IMG/VR virus record: IMGVR_UViG_3300025723_000050
Coordinates: 1 to 55,524 of that record
Direction: 5' to 3' (one strand)
DNA from: a virus
Taxonomy: Duplodnaviria > Caudoviricetes
DNA: 55,524 nucleotides
Part shown: positions 27,454 to 37,052 of the stretch, in pieces
Position numbering within the stretch: position 1 is the first letter of the stretch
Layout of the letters: each line of letters starts with the position of its first letter
The notes under the pieces: model-generated
The model's input: only the letters and a program-made list of their open reading frames with translations
Databases searched by the model: none
What the model was told of the DNA's origin: nothing
Made by a program: the position numbers and the translations under genes

Positions 27454-29817
27454 ATGGCTACCAATGACTGGAGTGCCTCTACGGAATTAAACCGTATGAG
27501 AACAGCCGGTATTACCCTTCCTAAAAACCCTATTGCTGGTCGTGTTGCTGCTCGCGACATGCTTAGCAGAGCTAAAACTAGTGGATCAATGCTTAATGAC
27601 ATTGGTCCTATGGCTATGGCTATGGGTGGCCCTCCAGAAGGTAGACAACGTCTTAACTCTCTTAAGCAAGGTTTTAACCTTGAAGGAATTGCCAACACAC
27701 CAAATCGTAGGTTAGCTGCCGCTACAGGATCAGATGCCCAGTGGGCTCTTCCTAAACTACATGACCCATTTGAATACTGGCGTGAGCGTACGTGGTGGTT
27801 CAACATGGAGGACCCCGATGAGCAAACCAGAAAAATCAGAGACTGGGCCCGCTTACTTTATACTACTCACCATCTGGTACCTGGCCTTATTGATATTTAT
27901 ACTAGGTTTCCACTTCTAGACATTGAGCTGGTTCACCCAGACAAGCGCATCTCTGATTTCTACAACGAGTTGTTCTTTGATGGTCTTAATTACCAAGACT
28001 TCCTTTATGACCTTGGCCGTGAACACTGGACCGTTGGTGAAGTATTCGCCATGGGTTCTTGGCACGATGGTATTGGTGCATGGGAAGAAGATGAGATCAT
28101 CAACCCCAACGATGTTATCGTTGCTAAGAACCGTGCTCTTAGAACGTACCAGTACCACGTTAAAGTACCTGAAGAGATCAAGCGTCTTATCGAGCGTCGT
28201 GACCCACCACAAGAGTATGCAATGCTTATGCAACTCTACCCTGACGTTGTGGCGTGGGCTAGACAAGATAAAGAAGTACCTGTTTCTGATGTGATCATGA
28301 AACAGATCAAGTTCTCTACTAATCCTTGGAGCGAACACGGTACGCCAATTCTTCTTCGTGCTTTTAGAACGCTTATGCTCGAAGAGTCCCTTAATGCTGC
28401 TCAAGACGCTATTGCTGACCGCCTATACAGTCCTCTTATTCTTGCTACTCTGGGACTTCCTGATGTAGACCAAGACGGTCCATGGATCCCTGACGCTCAA
28501 GAGCTTCAGTCATTGCGTGACGACTTAGCTATGGCTATCAACTCAGACTTCCGTTTGATGACATACCACCATGGTCTGCAGATTCAGAATGCCTTTGGTC
28601 GTGAGTCAATGCCTCGTCTTGATACAGACTTCATGCGCGTACAGACAAACCTCATGGGTGTATTTGGTATTGGTGCTGACCTTATTCAGGGTGGCCAGGG
28701 TGGTACATATGCTTCTGGTGCTCTTAACCGTGAGCTCATCACCCAGATGCTTAGCACATACCAGCACAAGATTGAACGCTTTATCCGTAGCCGTATGGAA
28801 CCAGTAGCAGAAAGACAGGGTCACTACGAGATGCGTAACGTAGGCGGCCAAATGGTTCCTGTTATGGAAACTGTTCTCATGGTTGATGAAGAGACTGGTG
28901 CTGAGTACGTTGAAGAACGACCCAAGCTAGCTATCCCAGAAGTACGATTCCGTTCAATGAACTTGAGAGATGAGACAGTTGAGCGTGGGTTCCTCCAGCA
29001 GCTCAGTGCCTCAGGCTTCCCAATCTCACTCAGCACCCTTGCTGTCAATATCCCAATTGACTTTGATGATGAAATTCATGCACGTAAGGAAGAGAAGATT
29101 AAGACGGTTGTTGCTGAGCAGCAATTCAAGAAAGAACTGTTCAACCGTTTGATGACATTGCAATTGCCAGTGCCACCAGAATATGTGCAGGAATACCAGG
29201 CCTACCTCGCGATGTTGGAAGACCCATCGCTTGGTGCACAGCTTGCTCCAGGTGCTATGGCTGGTCTTGTTGCACCGCCTAGTGCTCCTAACATGACTGG
29301 TAACACAGCAGGTAATAGCGATGCAGCCGCTGGTGCTCAAGTGTACCCAAGCATTAACCAAGAAGCTCAAGAACGTCAACGCCCAGAGATCAGCTACGAA
29401 CAGCGTAAGAGCCAACCTAAGCCTTCTAAGAAGGGTCCTAAGAATGGGCCTAAGAAGAAGACTGCATCGGTATCTGGTTGGGATGAAGACGACGACTTTA
29501 GCGGACGCGTTGAGTATGGTGACCGTATGAAGTTCGCCGTACCATTTGAGCAGCGTAAACGTAAGCGCATGAAGCTTGCTTCTGGTATGAAGGTTATCGT
29601 AGACAATAGCTATGAGAAGTTTGATGAGGAAACGTTTAAACAACACCTTGCTAACGCTCTTGATGGCGAAAGTTCAATGATACCTACGCCTACTAACAAC
29701 CAGAATACGGGCAACCCAATTGCTGATATGGCAGGTGGTAACAACCCAGGTGGTGGTACCGCAAGCTCTGCTCCTGGTGTCGTACAGACAAACCCTGAAG
29801 AAGAAACAGCTTTGTAG
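27454..29817 (+). CDS. Portal protein with long C-terminal extension
   Basis: Helical portal-like core (IDIYTRFP, WSEHGTPILLRAF, GTYASG); position upstream of protease, scaffold and MCP. Confidence 0.82.
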   Translation: MATNDWSASTELNRMRTAGITLPKNPIAGRVAARDMLSRAKTSGSMLNDIGPMAMAMGGPPEGRQRLNSLKQGFNLEGIANTPNRRLAAATGSDAQWALPKLHDPFEYWRERTWWFNMEDPDEQTRKIRDWARLLYTTHHLVPGLIDIYTRFPLLDIELVHPDKRISDFYNELFFDGLNYQDFLYDLGREHWTVGEVFAMGSWHDGIGAWEEDEIINPNDVIVAKNRALRTYQYHVKVPEEIKRLIERRDPPQEYAMLMQLYPDVVAWARQDKEVPVSDVIMKQIKFSTNPWSEHGTPILLRAFRTLMLEESLNAAQDAIADRLYSPLILATLGLPDVDQDGPWIPDAQELQSLRDDLAMAINSDFRLMTYHHGLQIQNAFGRESMPRLDTDFMRVQTNLMGVFGIGADLIQGGQGGTYASGALNRELITQMLSTYQHKIERFIRSRMEPVAERQGHYEMRNVGGQMVPVMETVLMVDEETGAEYVEERPKLAIPEVRFRSMNLRDETVERGFLQQLSASGFPISLSTLAVNIPIDFDDEIHARKEEKIKTVVAEQQFKKELFNRLMTLQLPVPPEYVQEYQAYLAMLEDPSLGAQLAPGAMAGLVAPPSAPNMTGNTAGNSDAAAGAQVYPSINQEAQERQRPEISYEQRKSQPKPSKKGPKNGPKKKTASVSGWDEDDDFSGRVEYGDRMKFAVPFEQRKRKRMKLASGMKVIVDNSYEKFDEETFKQHLANALDGESSMIPTPTNNQNTGNPIADMAGGNNPGGGTASSAPGVVQTNPEEETAL

Positions 29818-29881
29818 GATTTATAGGTGCGTAAATAATGCACTAAGAAGTAGAACATGCATTATTGAACCGGAGACCCCT

Positions 29882-30070
29882 ATGAGCACTCTTTTTAACA
29901 ATGAGACTCCTCGTCTTCTACCAAAAGCTGCTTTTAATAAAAAGAGCTTTCTTGAAGTAGTTAGCCCACTTGTCAAGCTTGACATTATCAAAGAGGGAGA
30001 AGGCAGTAAATGCCGCAACGCCCACAAGCTTGATCTAAGAAACAGCATCTATGAAAAAATTGATGCATAA
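29882..30070 (+). CDS. Small hypothetical protein
   Basis: ATG 29882 after GGAG; 62 aa. Confidence 0.5.
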   Translation: MSTLFNNETPRLLPKAAFNKKSFLEVVSPLVKLDIIKEGEGSKCRNAHKLDLRNSIYEKIDA

Positions 30071-30447
30071 TGCTTGCCTCATCTTTTTTTAACACAAGCA
30101 ATACGTGGTTTAGTTACCTATCTAATTTCTTCTTTGCTGCTGCTGGTTTTGGTGCTGTAGCACGTTTTATTTACAAACTTATTGTTCGTCATAGCGATAA
30201 TAAGATGGATGAACTTGAAGCAAAGATTACAGAAACAAAAATTGATCAAGACGATAAATTTGAACGTCTTTTTAACCAATTTAAAACTAATGGTGGATCA
30301 AGCCCCAAAGACCAGTGGAATCGCTTAGAGACAAAAGTTGACCACTTGATGAGACTTGAGAACCATGTAGACAAACTTACACAATCTCTCGATCGCCACC
30401 TTGGCTACCATGAAGGATTAAGAGCAGCGCACGAAGACGAGGACTAA
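30070..30447 (+). CDS. Single-pass membrane protein with coiled coil (DUF2746-like, lysis-cassette type)
   Basis: N-terminal TM helix; NGGSSxKD motif; coiled coil ending in RHL..H. Confidence 0.6.
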   Translation: MLASSFFNTSNTWFSYLSNFFFAAAGFGAVARFIYKLIVRHSDNKMDELEAKITETKIDQDDKFERLFNQFKTNGGSSPKDQWNRLETKVDHLMRLENHVDKLTQSLDRHLGYHEGLRAAHEDED

Positions 30448-30842
30448 TGGCAAGAACATTTAGGCACCCCATCACGGGCGATTCTATCGGTCTTGGCAAG
30501 CACGTTTCTTGGAAGATTCAATTCTCTATCCGTAATTGGTATTTTATTGGCACTATTACTTTTATCACGGTCTTTTTTGTTATTTGGGGAACATTTGATA
30601 TTGGTGTGATCAGTTGGTGGAATGTATGGGCATCGTACATGGCACTGTTCATTGAGTCTGTTGTTGGCATAAGCATGTTTGAGCAAACACGAGCAGATGC
30701 TGCTGTCCTACGTAAAAGCTTAGAAACAATTGAAGAACTGCTTGTAAAGATCAATCAAATACTTGAGATCGAGCAAGAACAATCTAAAGAAGTGCACAAC
30801 CTTGTTGATGCGCTTGAAGACGAAATTAACTTACACCACTAA
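30447..30842 (+). CDS. Two-TM membrane protein (DUF1003-like)
   Basis: NWYFI TM1, WNxWASYMALF TM2, acidic coiled tail. Confidence 0.55.
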   Translation: MARTFRHPITGDSIGLGKHVSWKIQFSIRNWYFIGTITFITVFFVIWGTFDIGVISWWNVWASYMALFIESVVGISMFEQTRADAAVLRKSLETIEELLVKINQILEIEQEQSKEVHNLVDALEDEINLHH

Positions 30843-30905
30843 TTAACATAGATTTCATCGTTTAGACGATGTAAACGCAGTGTTAACGCAAGATAGGTTC
30901 TGAAG

Positions 30906-31565
30906 ATGATTAAATTTGGCGCCCCCTCAATTACTCTACAAGGTAGAGAGTCCTTGGCTAGCATTGGCCAACCTATTGAGCTGCACAACGTTACGCTTGA
31001 TGACTTTAGTTTCAAGCCAGAACCCGGTTATGTTTACGCTGTTTCTAGAGCCATTTCCTCCAGAGTAAACGCTAATTATGATGGTTGGCCTGTTGACCAG
31101 ATCAAGAAAAGCTACAAGACTTTCGTTGGTCGTCCAATCTATGTTGAGCATAATAACTCAGATCCTGAGCGTGCTCGCGGTGTAATCCTTGATGCTGTTT
31201 ACCGTGAGAGCAAGCTTGCTTCTGGTGCAACAGATGCCAGTGTCTACTGCCTTATGGAAGTTGATGCACAGACTTTTCCTAAGCTTGCCAATTCCATTAT
31301 GGAAGGCAGCTTGAACGCTGTCAGCATGGGTGCTGACGTCGAAGGCACTGAATGCTCAGCTTGCGGTAAATACGCTAGCAAGCCTGCTGAGTATTGCACA
31401 CACATTCCTCGTCTTAAGGGACGTACCGTTACTGTTTACAAAGCTGGAAAGCGCATCGAAAGCCTTGTATACGAAAGTTGCATTAAGCCAAACTTCTTCG
31501 AGCTGAGCTTTGTATTTGAACCAGCAGACGAGAGTGCTTGGCTCTTGCAGAAGAAGCGTTACTAA
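30906..31565 (+). CDS. Prohead (capsid maturation) protease
   Basis: NANYDGW, YVEHNN (His), GVILDA, VSMG (Ser), Zn ribbon CSAC...CTH, FELSFV.EPAD; sits between portal and MCP. Confidence 0.78.
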   Translation: MIKFGAPSITLQGRESLASIGQPIELHNVTLDDFSFKPEPGYVYAVSRAISSRVNANYDGWPVDQIKKSYKTFVGRPIYVEHNNSDPERARGVILDAVYRESKLASGATDASVYCLMEVDAQTFPKLANSIMEGSLNAVSMGADVEGTECSACGKYASKPAEYCTHIPRLKGRTVTVYKAGKRIESLVYESCIKPNFFELSFVFEPADESAWLLQKKRY

Positions 31566-31567
31566 CA

Positions 31568-32287
31568 ATGCCTATTCTTAAAGTATCTAACGATATCAAG
31601 AAGTACGCACTGGAAGTAATCAGAGTAACCATTTCACCTTTGGGTGATTGCCCGCAGTGCCAAGGCAATGGCTACAGAGATGGTATTTGCCCAGACTGTA
31701 GCTATGTTGACCCTCGGGTGCAAGAAGCTATTCAAGAGTGGCAAGATGCAATGGGTATTCAACAGGTTGTAAAGGAACAGCAACAGAGTCTTGCAGAGCA
31801 GAACCCTAATGCTAAAGCAGCTTATCGCAGCTTGTCATTTGTTGATGTCATTTCTAACGACTTCAATGGAATGGACTTCAGTACTCCAGCAGGTAACGGA
31901 AAGGTGAAATGCCCACGTTGTGGACAAATTACTTTTAACAATGATTCCTTAAAAAAGGGAGATTTGTCGGGTTCTTGTGAAAATTCTGCATGTGGACACG
32001 AAATTGCTGGAGCTTTAGGATTTAAAAGACCCAAGTTCCTGGGTATAGATCCTGAGGTGCAAAAAAGTTTAAGGCGTAACTTCCTTAGCCCAGCATCACA
32101 AAAGATCGAAAAGAATAAAAACAAGCTAAAGAAGAAGAGTGCAAAGGGTATGAATCCTGGAGCTCTTCAAGATGACTCAATGAATGCAGCAATGGATGGC
32201 ACCACAAGAATGTGGGACTTGCTTAAAGGTACTGCGGAAGTTGATGCACAGAACAAAAACGAAGAAACTAGCGAGGAGCAATCATGA
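31568..32287 (+). CDS. Double Zn-ribbon head-module protein
   Basis: CPQC/CPDC and CPRC/CENSAC motifs; ATG 31568. Confidence 0.65.
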   Translation: MPILKVSNDIKKYALEVIRVTISPLGDCPQCQGNGYRDGICPDCSYVDPRVQEAIQEWQDAMGIQQVVKEQQQSLAEQNPNAKAAYRSLSFVDVISNDFNGMDFSTPAGNGKVKCPRCGQITFNNDSLKKGDLSGSCENSACGHEIAGALGFKRPKFLGIDPEVQKSLRRNFLSPASQKIEKNKNKLKKKSAKGMNPGALQDDSMNAAMDGTTRMWDLLKGTAEVDAQNKNEETSEEQS

Positions 32288-33735
32288 GCCGTTTTGATGA
32301 CGAGATGATTAAGCAAGCAGACAATGCTTACCAACAGAGAGGTATGTCGGGAATGACTACCACTCCTAGACAGCAACCATATGACCAGATCGACAGTCTT
32401 GGTTCAGGCGGTTGGCCTGAGCAAGCTCCTGCTCCTGCTGCTGAAGTAGGTGGCTGGATTGCTGACCAACCTATGATGCGCCAGCTTGATGTCCGTGATC
32501 TTGATGCAGCTGACCAGGGTGAAATCATCGGTGGTCCTGGCTCGAGTGCCGTTTACGCAGAAGGTGGTCCCGTGTACGCAAGTGTTAAAGCTATTGATGA
32601 AAGCCTCTACCAGGTTTACAAGGCTAGCCGTGAAGTCCGCGATGCAATTCGCGATGAAGTTGACTTTGACTTCAGCAACCTTGTCACTGCTTCTACTGAA
32701 GCTGCAACTGTTCTCCGTTTCGCTAGCGCGGACAGTGACATCAACCAGGTTGTTGGTACCGTTGCAAGCATCGTGAATGACATTGAGAATGACCTCGTTG
32801 TTACTGGTGACTACCGTCAAGCTTCTGTCGACCTGAGAGCTCTTGAGGGTCTCTTGGAAGACATCAAGACTGCTGCCACTGGCGAAGAAGACGATGGCGA
32901 CGAAGACGACGAAGACGACAAAAAAGGCACCACAGCCAAGAAGAAGACCAAGTCTAAGTCTAAGAAAAAGGACTGCAAGAATTGCAAGGGCAAGGGTTGC
33001 GAAGACTGCGAAGACGACGAAGATGATGATGACGACGACAAGCCTGCTTTCTTGAAGAAGAAGAAGGCTTCCGAAGAGCACTGCACAGGTCCTGGTTGTG
33101 AAAAGGCTGGTTGCAGTGGTAGAATGGCTAACGGGAATATCCACAAGGGTTCTAACGGTAACCAAGAGAGCCTCCAGGTTGTTGATGTCCGTGACCTCGA
33201 TGACCAAGCCGGTGTTTGGGACCGTCAGCGCGTTATGCAGCCTGACCACCAGACTAACGTGCTTGTTCCTGAAGAGGTAAACGGCGAAGATGCTGGTTAC
33301 GTGCCATTCTACAACGATGGTACCGAGACAGGCATCCTTGACGATGAGCTGCATGGCCCTAACCACCAGAGAATTGACTTCTCAGATGGCACAAACCCTG
33401 CTCTTGCTCCTTACGCAGGTACTGTTGCTGCTGTGCAGGCTAGCCGTGAAAAGATCTTCGCTGCTATCCAAGTTGTAGACCGTCTCGAGAAGATGGGTAT
33501 GGTCCAACACGACGATCGTGCTAAGCACATCGCAAAGTTTGAACAAATGTCTGATACTAAGCTGGCAGGTTTTGTAGACAGTATCAACATGTTCGAAGAG
33601 TCTGGGGCTCGTCAACCCCGGAGCCAGAAAGTGGCAAGTGGAAGTAATCGTTTGCCAGAAATGGGTCGGTTGACAACGGCCTCAGCAGTTACTCGTCAGG
33701 ACGTTATGTCTGACGATTGGCTGATGACACTTTAA
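32284..33735 (+). CDS. Scaffold-like protein
   Basis: Acidic, helical and disordered; between protease and capsid genes; strong codon bias. Confidence 0.6.
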   Translation: MSRFDDEMIKQADNAYQQRGMSGMTTTPRQQPYDQIDSLGSGGWPEQAPAPAAEVGGWIADQPMMRQLDVRDLDAADQGEIIGGPGSSAVYAEGGPVYASVKAIDESLYQVYKASREVRDAIRDEVDFDFSNLVTASTEAATVLRFASADSDINQVVGTVASIVNDIENDLVVTGDYRQASVDLRALEGLLEDIKTAATGEEDDGDEDDEDDKKGTTAKKKTKSKSKKKDCKNCKGKGCEDCEDDEDDDDDDKPAFLKKKKASEEHCTGPGCEKAGCSGRMANGNIHKGSNGNQESLQVVDVRDLDDQAGVWDRQRVMQPDHQTNVLVPEEVNGEDAGYVPFYNDGTETGILDDELHGPNHQRIDFSDGTNPALAPYAGTVAAVQASREKIFAAIQVVDRLEKMGMVQHDDRAKHIAKFEQMSDTKLAGFVDSINMFEESGARQPRSQKVASGSNRLPEMGRLTTASAVTRQDVMSDDWLMTL

Positions 33736-33767
33736 CCAAAATCCCCTACTAACAGGAGAAAGAAAAT

Positions 33768-34286
33768 ATGCTGCAACTTAATAGCGTAGCTAACGTTGGG
33801 GTTCACCGTACGTGCACCCCATTGTACGAAAAGTACGAGGCTACACCTTACAACACGTTCCTGGATCCTTCGGACACCACGAACATCTACTCAGGTATGG
33901 TCATGTACCGTACTGGTCCTGACACCGTTGCCAATGCTGGTACCGCTGTTACTACGACTGGTGCTCGTGCCTTTGGTCTTTCGGCTCTCGACCGCAACCC
34001 CAACATTGATGACGTGACTCAGGTCGGTATCAACGCTTGGGCTGTGTGGCTTGGTGGCTCTAACGCCTTCTTCACGTTGACTGCTCCTGCTTTTGACACA
34101 ACCCAGGCTTACAACGTTCTGACAACTGGTGTTCGCACCCTGTTGTACACCAACGCTAACGGTCAGGTTACGTCTGTCTCCGGTACTGCTAACACCCTTG
34201 GTGGTAGCCCAGTTGCTGAGCTGATCGATGTCATCAGCCCAACCCAGATCGTTGTCCGTCTCGTACCATTCGGTTCAACGAACTAA
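33768..34286 (+). CDS. Capsid decoration/cement protein
   Basis: 172 aa directly before MCP; IYSGMV...AFGL beta-tulip-like pattern; highly expressed codon usage. Confidence 0.65.
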   Translation: MLQLNSVANVGVHRTCTPLYEKYEATPYNTFLDPSDTTNIYSGMVMYRTGPDTVANAGTAVTTTGARAFGLSALDRNPNIDDVTQVGINAWAVWLGGSNAFFTLTAPAFDTTQAYNVLTTGVRTLLYTNANGQVTSVSGTANTLGGSPVAELIDVISPTQIVVRLVPFGSTN

Positions 34287-34304
34287 TCTGAAAGGAATAT
34301 ACAT

Positions 34305-35315
34305 ATGTCAATTACTCCTAATGGCGCTGTCGCTGAGCACCTTGCTCCCCGTACAGCCAAGAAGTCAGACGACTACGTCGCTGGCATCATCGAGGCCCAG
34401 GACCGTCTTAAGACAGCCACTGGCCGCGTAACTGCTACTCGTGAAGAGAAGCAACGTCGTCTCGCCGGTGTTCTGGCTGACAAGGACAACTACATGGTCC
34501 GTTTGGGTCAGGGTATGATTGGTCCCATCCAGCTTAAGCTTCGTTACCAGGGTATGACCCGTAACGTGCTTCTGGAAGACCCGTTGACCCCTGGTGTTCC
34601 CGTCATGTACGACGTCTTGGACGAGTACGGTCAGGCTTACATTCTTTCCGGTAACGAAGGTGAAGTCCGTGTGACCCCCTTCGAAGGTAAGAAGGTTCCA
34701 GTCCGCTTGTTCCGTATCGCTACCTTCCCCCAGATCAAGAAGGAAGACCTCTGGTACCTCCGCGTGAACATCGTGGAATACGCCCAGGACATGTCCAAGC
34801 AGGCAATCATGATGCAGGAAGACGCCCGTTTGATCACGGTGCTCGAAGCTGCCATCAACAACTACGCGGTTGACCCCAACCACGTTGTGTCGCCTAACCA
34901 CATCGTTAACGAGCTCTCGGGTTACATCACCCCTGACTCGCTGTACGACCTCGTTGCACTCATCGAAGTCCACCAGTTGGAAGCCTCGCGTCTTTTGTTC
35001 AACCCACTCGACTACCGTGACCTCTACAAGTGGGACATCAACCAGACGGGTTGGGCCTTCAAGGACCGCGTCGTTGCTGGTGAGCGCATCGTTCAATTCG
35101 GTGGTTTCCAAGTTCAGCGTTCGATCGAAGTGCCTCAGGGTACTGTCTACATGACCCCAAGCCCCGAGTTCCTCGGTGTGTTCCCCGTCATGTACTCGCT
35201 CGACGTCGAAGAGAACCACACGCCTGAGAAGTTCCACAAGGGTTGGGTCATGGACGAGCTCGTTTCCGAGATCGTTCTCAACCCCCGTGGTTTGGGCAAG
35301 ATCGTTAAGGCTTAG
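34305..35315 (+). CDS. Major capsid protein (HK97 fold)
   Basis: 336 aa; strongest codon bias in the window; QEDARL and C-terminal GWVMDE..SEIVLNPRG pattern; gene order. Confidence 0.88.
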   Translation: MSITPNGAVAEHLAPRTAKKSDDYVAGIIEAQDRLKTATGRVTATREEKQRRLAGVLADKDNYMVRLGQGMIGPIQLKLRYQGMTRNVLLEDPLTPGVPVMYDVLDEYGQAYILSGNEGEVRVTPFEGKKVPVRLFRIATFPQIKKEDLWYLRVNIVEYAQDMSKQAIMMQEDARLITVLEAAINNYAVDPNHVVSPNHIVNELSGYITPDSLYDLVALIEVHQLEASRLLFNPLDYRDLYKWDINQTGWAFKDRVVAGERIVQFGGFQVQRSIEVPQGTVYMTPSPEFLGVFPVMYSLDVEENHTPEKFHKGWVMDELVSEIVLNPRGLGKIVKA

Positions 35316-35332
35316 TCTTAACAACCATACGA

Positions 35333-35456
35333 GCCGGGGGGACGATCCCTGCCTGCAAAGCATATCGCCCCCGGCACGGTATAGAACTCGTAGTACCTAC
35401 AGATTTCCTAGATCTGTTAGCAGTGTGCAAAATGTGCACATTGCCTTGAAACAAGG
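35333..35456 (+). other. Structured intergenic RNA (tandem hairpins) after MCP
   Basis: GCCGGGGG/CCCCCGGC, ACAGAT/ATCTGT, GCAGTGTGCA/TGCACATTGC and CCTTG/CAAGG stems; no U-tract. Confidence 0.65.
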
Positions 35457-35467
35457 AGAAGAACAAA

Positions 35468-36034
35468 ATGGCAAGAACAGTATCAAAATCAAGCGACACA
35501 AGCTCAGAGAGTACTCCAGTTCCAGTAGTGGATCTTGGTGGACACTTTGAGGAGCACAAGGCCGATCCAGTGGACAGAGCTGCTGCGCTTTCTAAGTGTG
35601 CGCCTGCTTCATTCACAGGTATGCAGGATATTCAAACTGCAGACTGGATTGAGAACCTTATGGATGGATCGACTGTGTTTACTAGCGACAAGGGCAGCTT
35701 CAAGCTGAACGGCGCTGGTTACCACGGAAGCATTCAACCAATCGCTGAAGAAGTTCGCAAAGATGCTTACCTGTTGAGAGCCGTGCAACGTGGACGTATT
35801 GCTTTCATTACGGCTGATGAGGCTGAAAGCAAGATTGCTGAACTTAGAGATGAGAACAGCACAAGCGAGAGTCACATGGATCACCTCCGTGAGAGTCTTG
35901 CTGCAGGAGCTAGCGAGAACACAGGTCTGTACAAGATCCCCCTTCCTGACGAAGCAGAGCCTAAGGGTCCTGCTCAAACATGGGAGCAGATCTGGAACTC
36001 GAGCACTAGTGCTGCAAAACCAAAGAACGTATAA
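35468..36034 (+). CDS. Hypothetical head-module protein
   Basis: 188-aa ORF, AAGGAG RBS. Confidence 0.75.
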   Translation: MARTVSKSSDTSSESTPVPVVDLGGHFEEHKADPVDRAAALSKCAPASFTGMQDIQTADWIENLMDGSTVFTSDKGSFKLNGAGYHGSIQPIAEEVRKDAYLLRAVQRGRIAFITADEAESKIAELRDENSTSESHMDHLRESLAAGASENTGLYKIPLPDEAEPKGPAQTWEQIWNSSTSAAKPKNV

Positions 36035-36076
36035 CAACCGGTGGACTGCAAAGCTCCACCTCTAGAAGGAGCTTAA

Positions 36077-36343
36077 ATGAGCGACGAGATCAAGAACACA
36101 GTGAAGCCTAGTGTTTCCACTGCTGAGCCATTGGGTGCAATCATCCCAAGCGGTACAGTTCTCAGCGGTACCACAATTTATAACGAGCCATGGTTCGCTG
36201 TCTGGTCACCTCAGACGTTCGCCGGTACCGTTAGCGGTGGTTATGCACAGCCTACCCTCAGTGGTAATGGTTGGCAAGGCCAGAACAACACTGGTTACAT
36301 TTTCCAGACTGACCAATACAACACAACCGTGAGAGGATTCTAA
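36077..36343 (+). CDS. Small putative structural protein
   Basis: 88 aa, AAGGAG RBS, S/G/T-rich. Confidence 0.65.
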   Translation: MSDEIKNTVKPSVSTAEPLGAIIPSGTVLSGTTIYNEPWFAVWSPQTFAGTVSGGYAQPTLSGNGWQGQNNTGYIFQTDQYNTTVRGF

Positions 36344-36344
36344 C

Positions 36345-37052
36345 ATGGCTACACCAAACACAGCAACAGAACAAGGTAATAAGGCTACACTCCGTGGGGT
36401 AACTCGTGGTGGTGCTAACGCTTACTACGAAGGCATTGACCCAGCAATTCTGATCAATGCTGCCGCTACAACTAGTGGTATCTTGAACCTGTCGGTGCCA
36501 GCAACTGGTGCCACAACGTTCAGCATTAGTGGTACGGGTGGTAACTCGGTTACACTTACCGGTACTTCTACTGGTAGTCAAGTTAGCAACCTGATCACTG
36601 CTCTTGCTGCTGGTCCTCTGAACGGTGTTAACTTCTATGTTAACAACGGTGGTGCTAACTACCTGAACAGTACCATTACAACGATCATCGTTCCTAGCGG
36701 TGCAGTTCTTACGGTTATCAGCGGTACCGGTGGTGCAGTTCCTACCATTACAGCTGTGGCTATCACTGGTACAAACGGTGAGGCTGTCACATACCCTAAC
36801 TACGTTGGTACTCCTAATGCCGCTCCTACTTGGATTGACGATGCCACTGTGCACGCCTACCAGGTTGGTTTCGCTGGTCAGTTGGTTGTCAACAACAACG
36901 GTACTATTTCAGGTGCCAACGTTGTGCAAACGCAGGTCCGTCAGCTCCAAACAAACGTTTCTGAGACTCAGCAGTACGCTGGTTACCAGGCTACCTACAG
37001 TGGTAACTTGGCTCAAACTAAGCAGTACCGCACACAGCGTCAACAGTGCTAA
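36345..37052 (+). CDS. Putative structural protein (T/G/A/N-rich)
   Basis: 235 aa; virion-like composition. Confidence 0.65.
   Translation: MATPNTATEQGNKATLRGVTRGGANAYYEGIDPAILINAAATTSGILNLSVPATGATTFSISGTGGNSVTLTGTSTGSQVSNLITALAAGPLNGVNFYVNNGGANYLNSTITTIIVPSGAVLTVISGTGGAVPTITAVAITGTNGEAVTYPNYVGTPNAAPTWIDDATVHAYQVGFAGQLVVNNNGTISGANVVQTQVRQLQTNVSETQQYAGYQATYSGNLAQTKQYRTQRQQC

Noticed and set aside
29720-29881. Extended starts in the ORF track (29720, 15944, 16890, 31538, 40855, 42008, 51631, 5023)
   Set aside because: Most overlap upstream genes; downstream starts with RBS or stop-start coupling are more plausible
34365-35363. Long minus-strand ORFs opposite MCP (also 32404..33366, 45404..46585, 25294..25992)
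   Set aside because: Shadow ORFs expected from strong codon bias in highly expressed + strand genes; no recognisable motifs
35333-35375. Rho-independent terminator call after MCP
   Set aside because: Strong stem but no U-tract; kept as a structured element, although U-less terminators cannot be excluded
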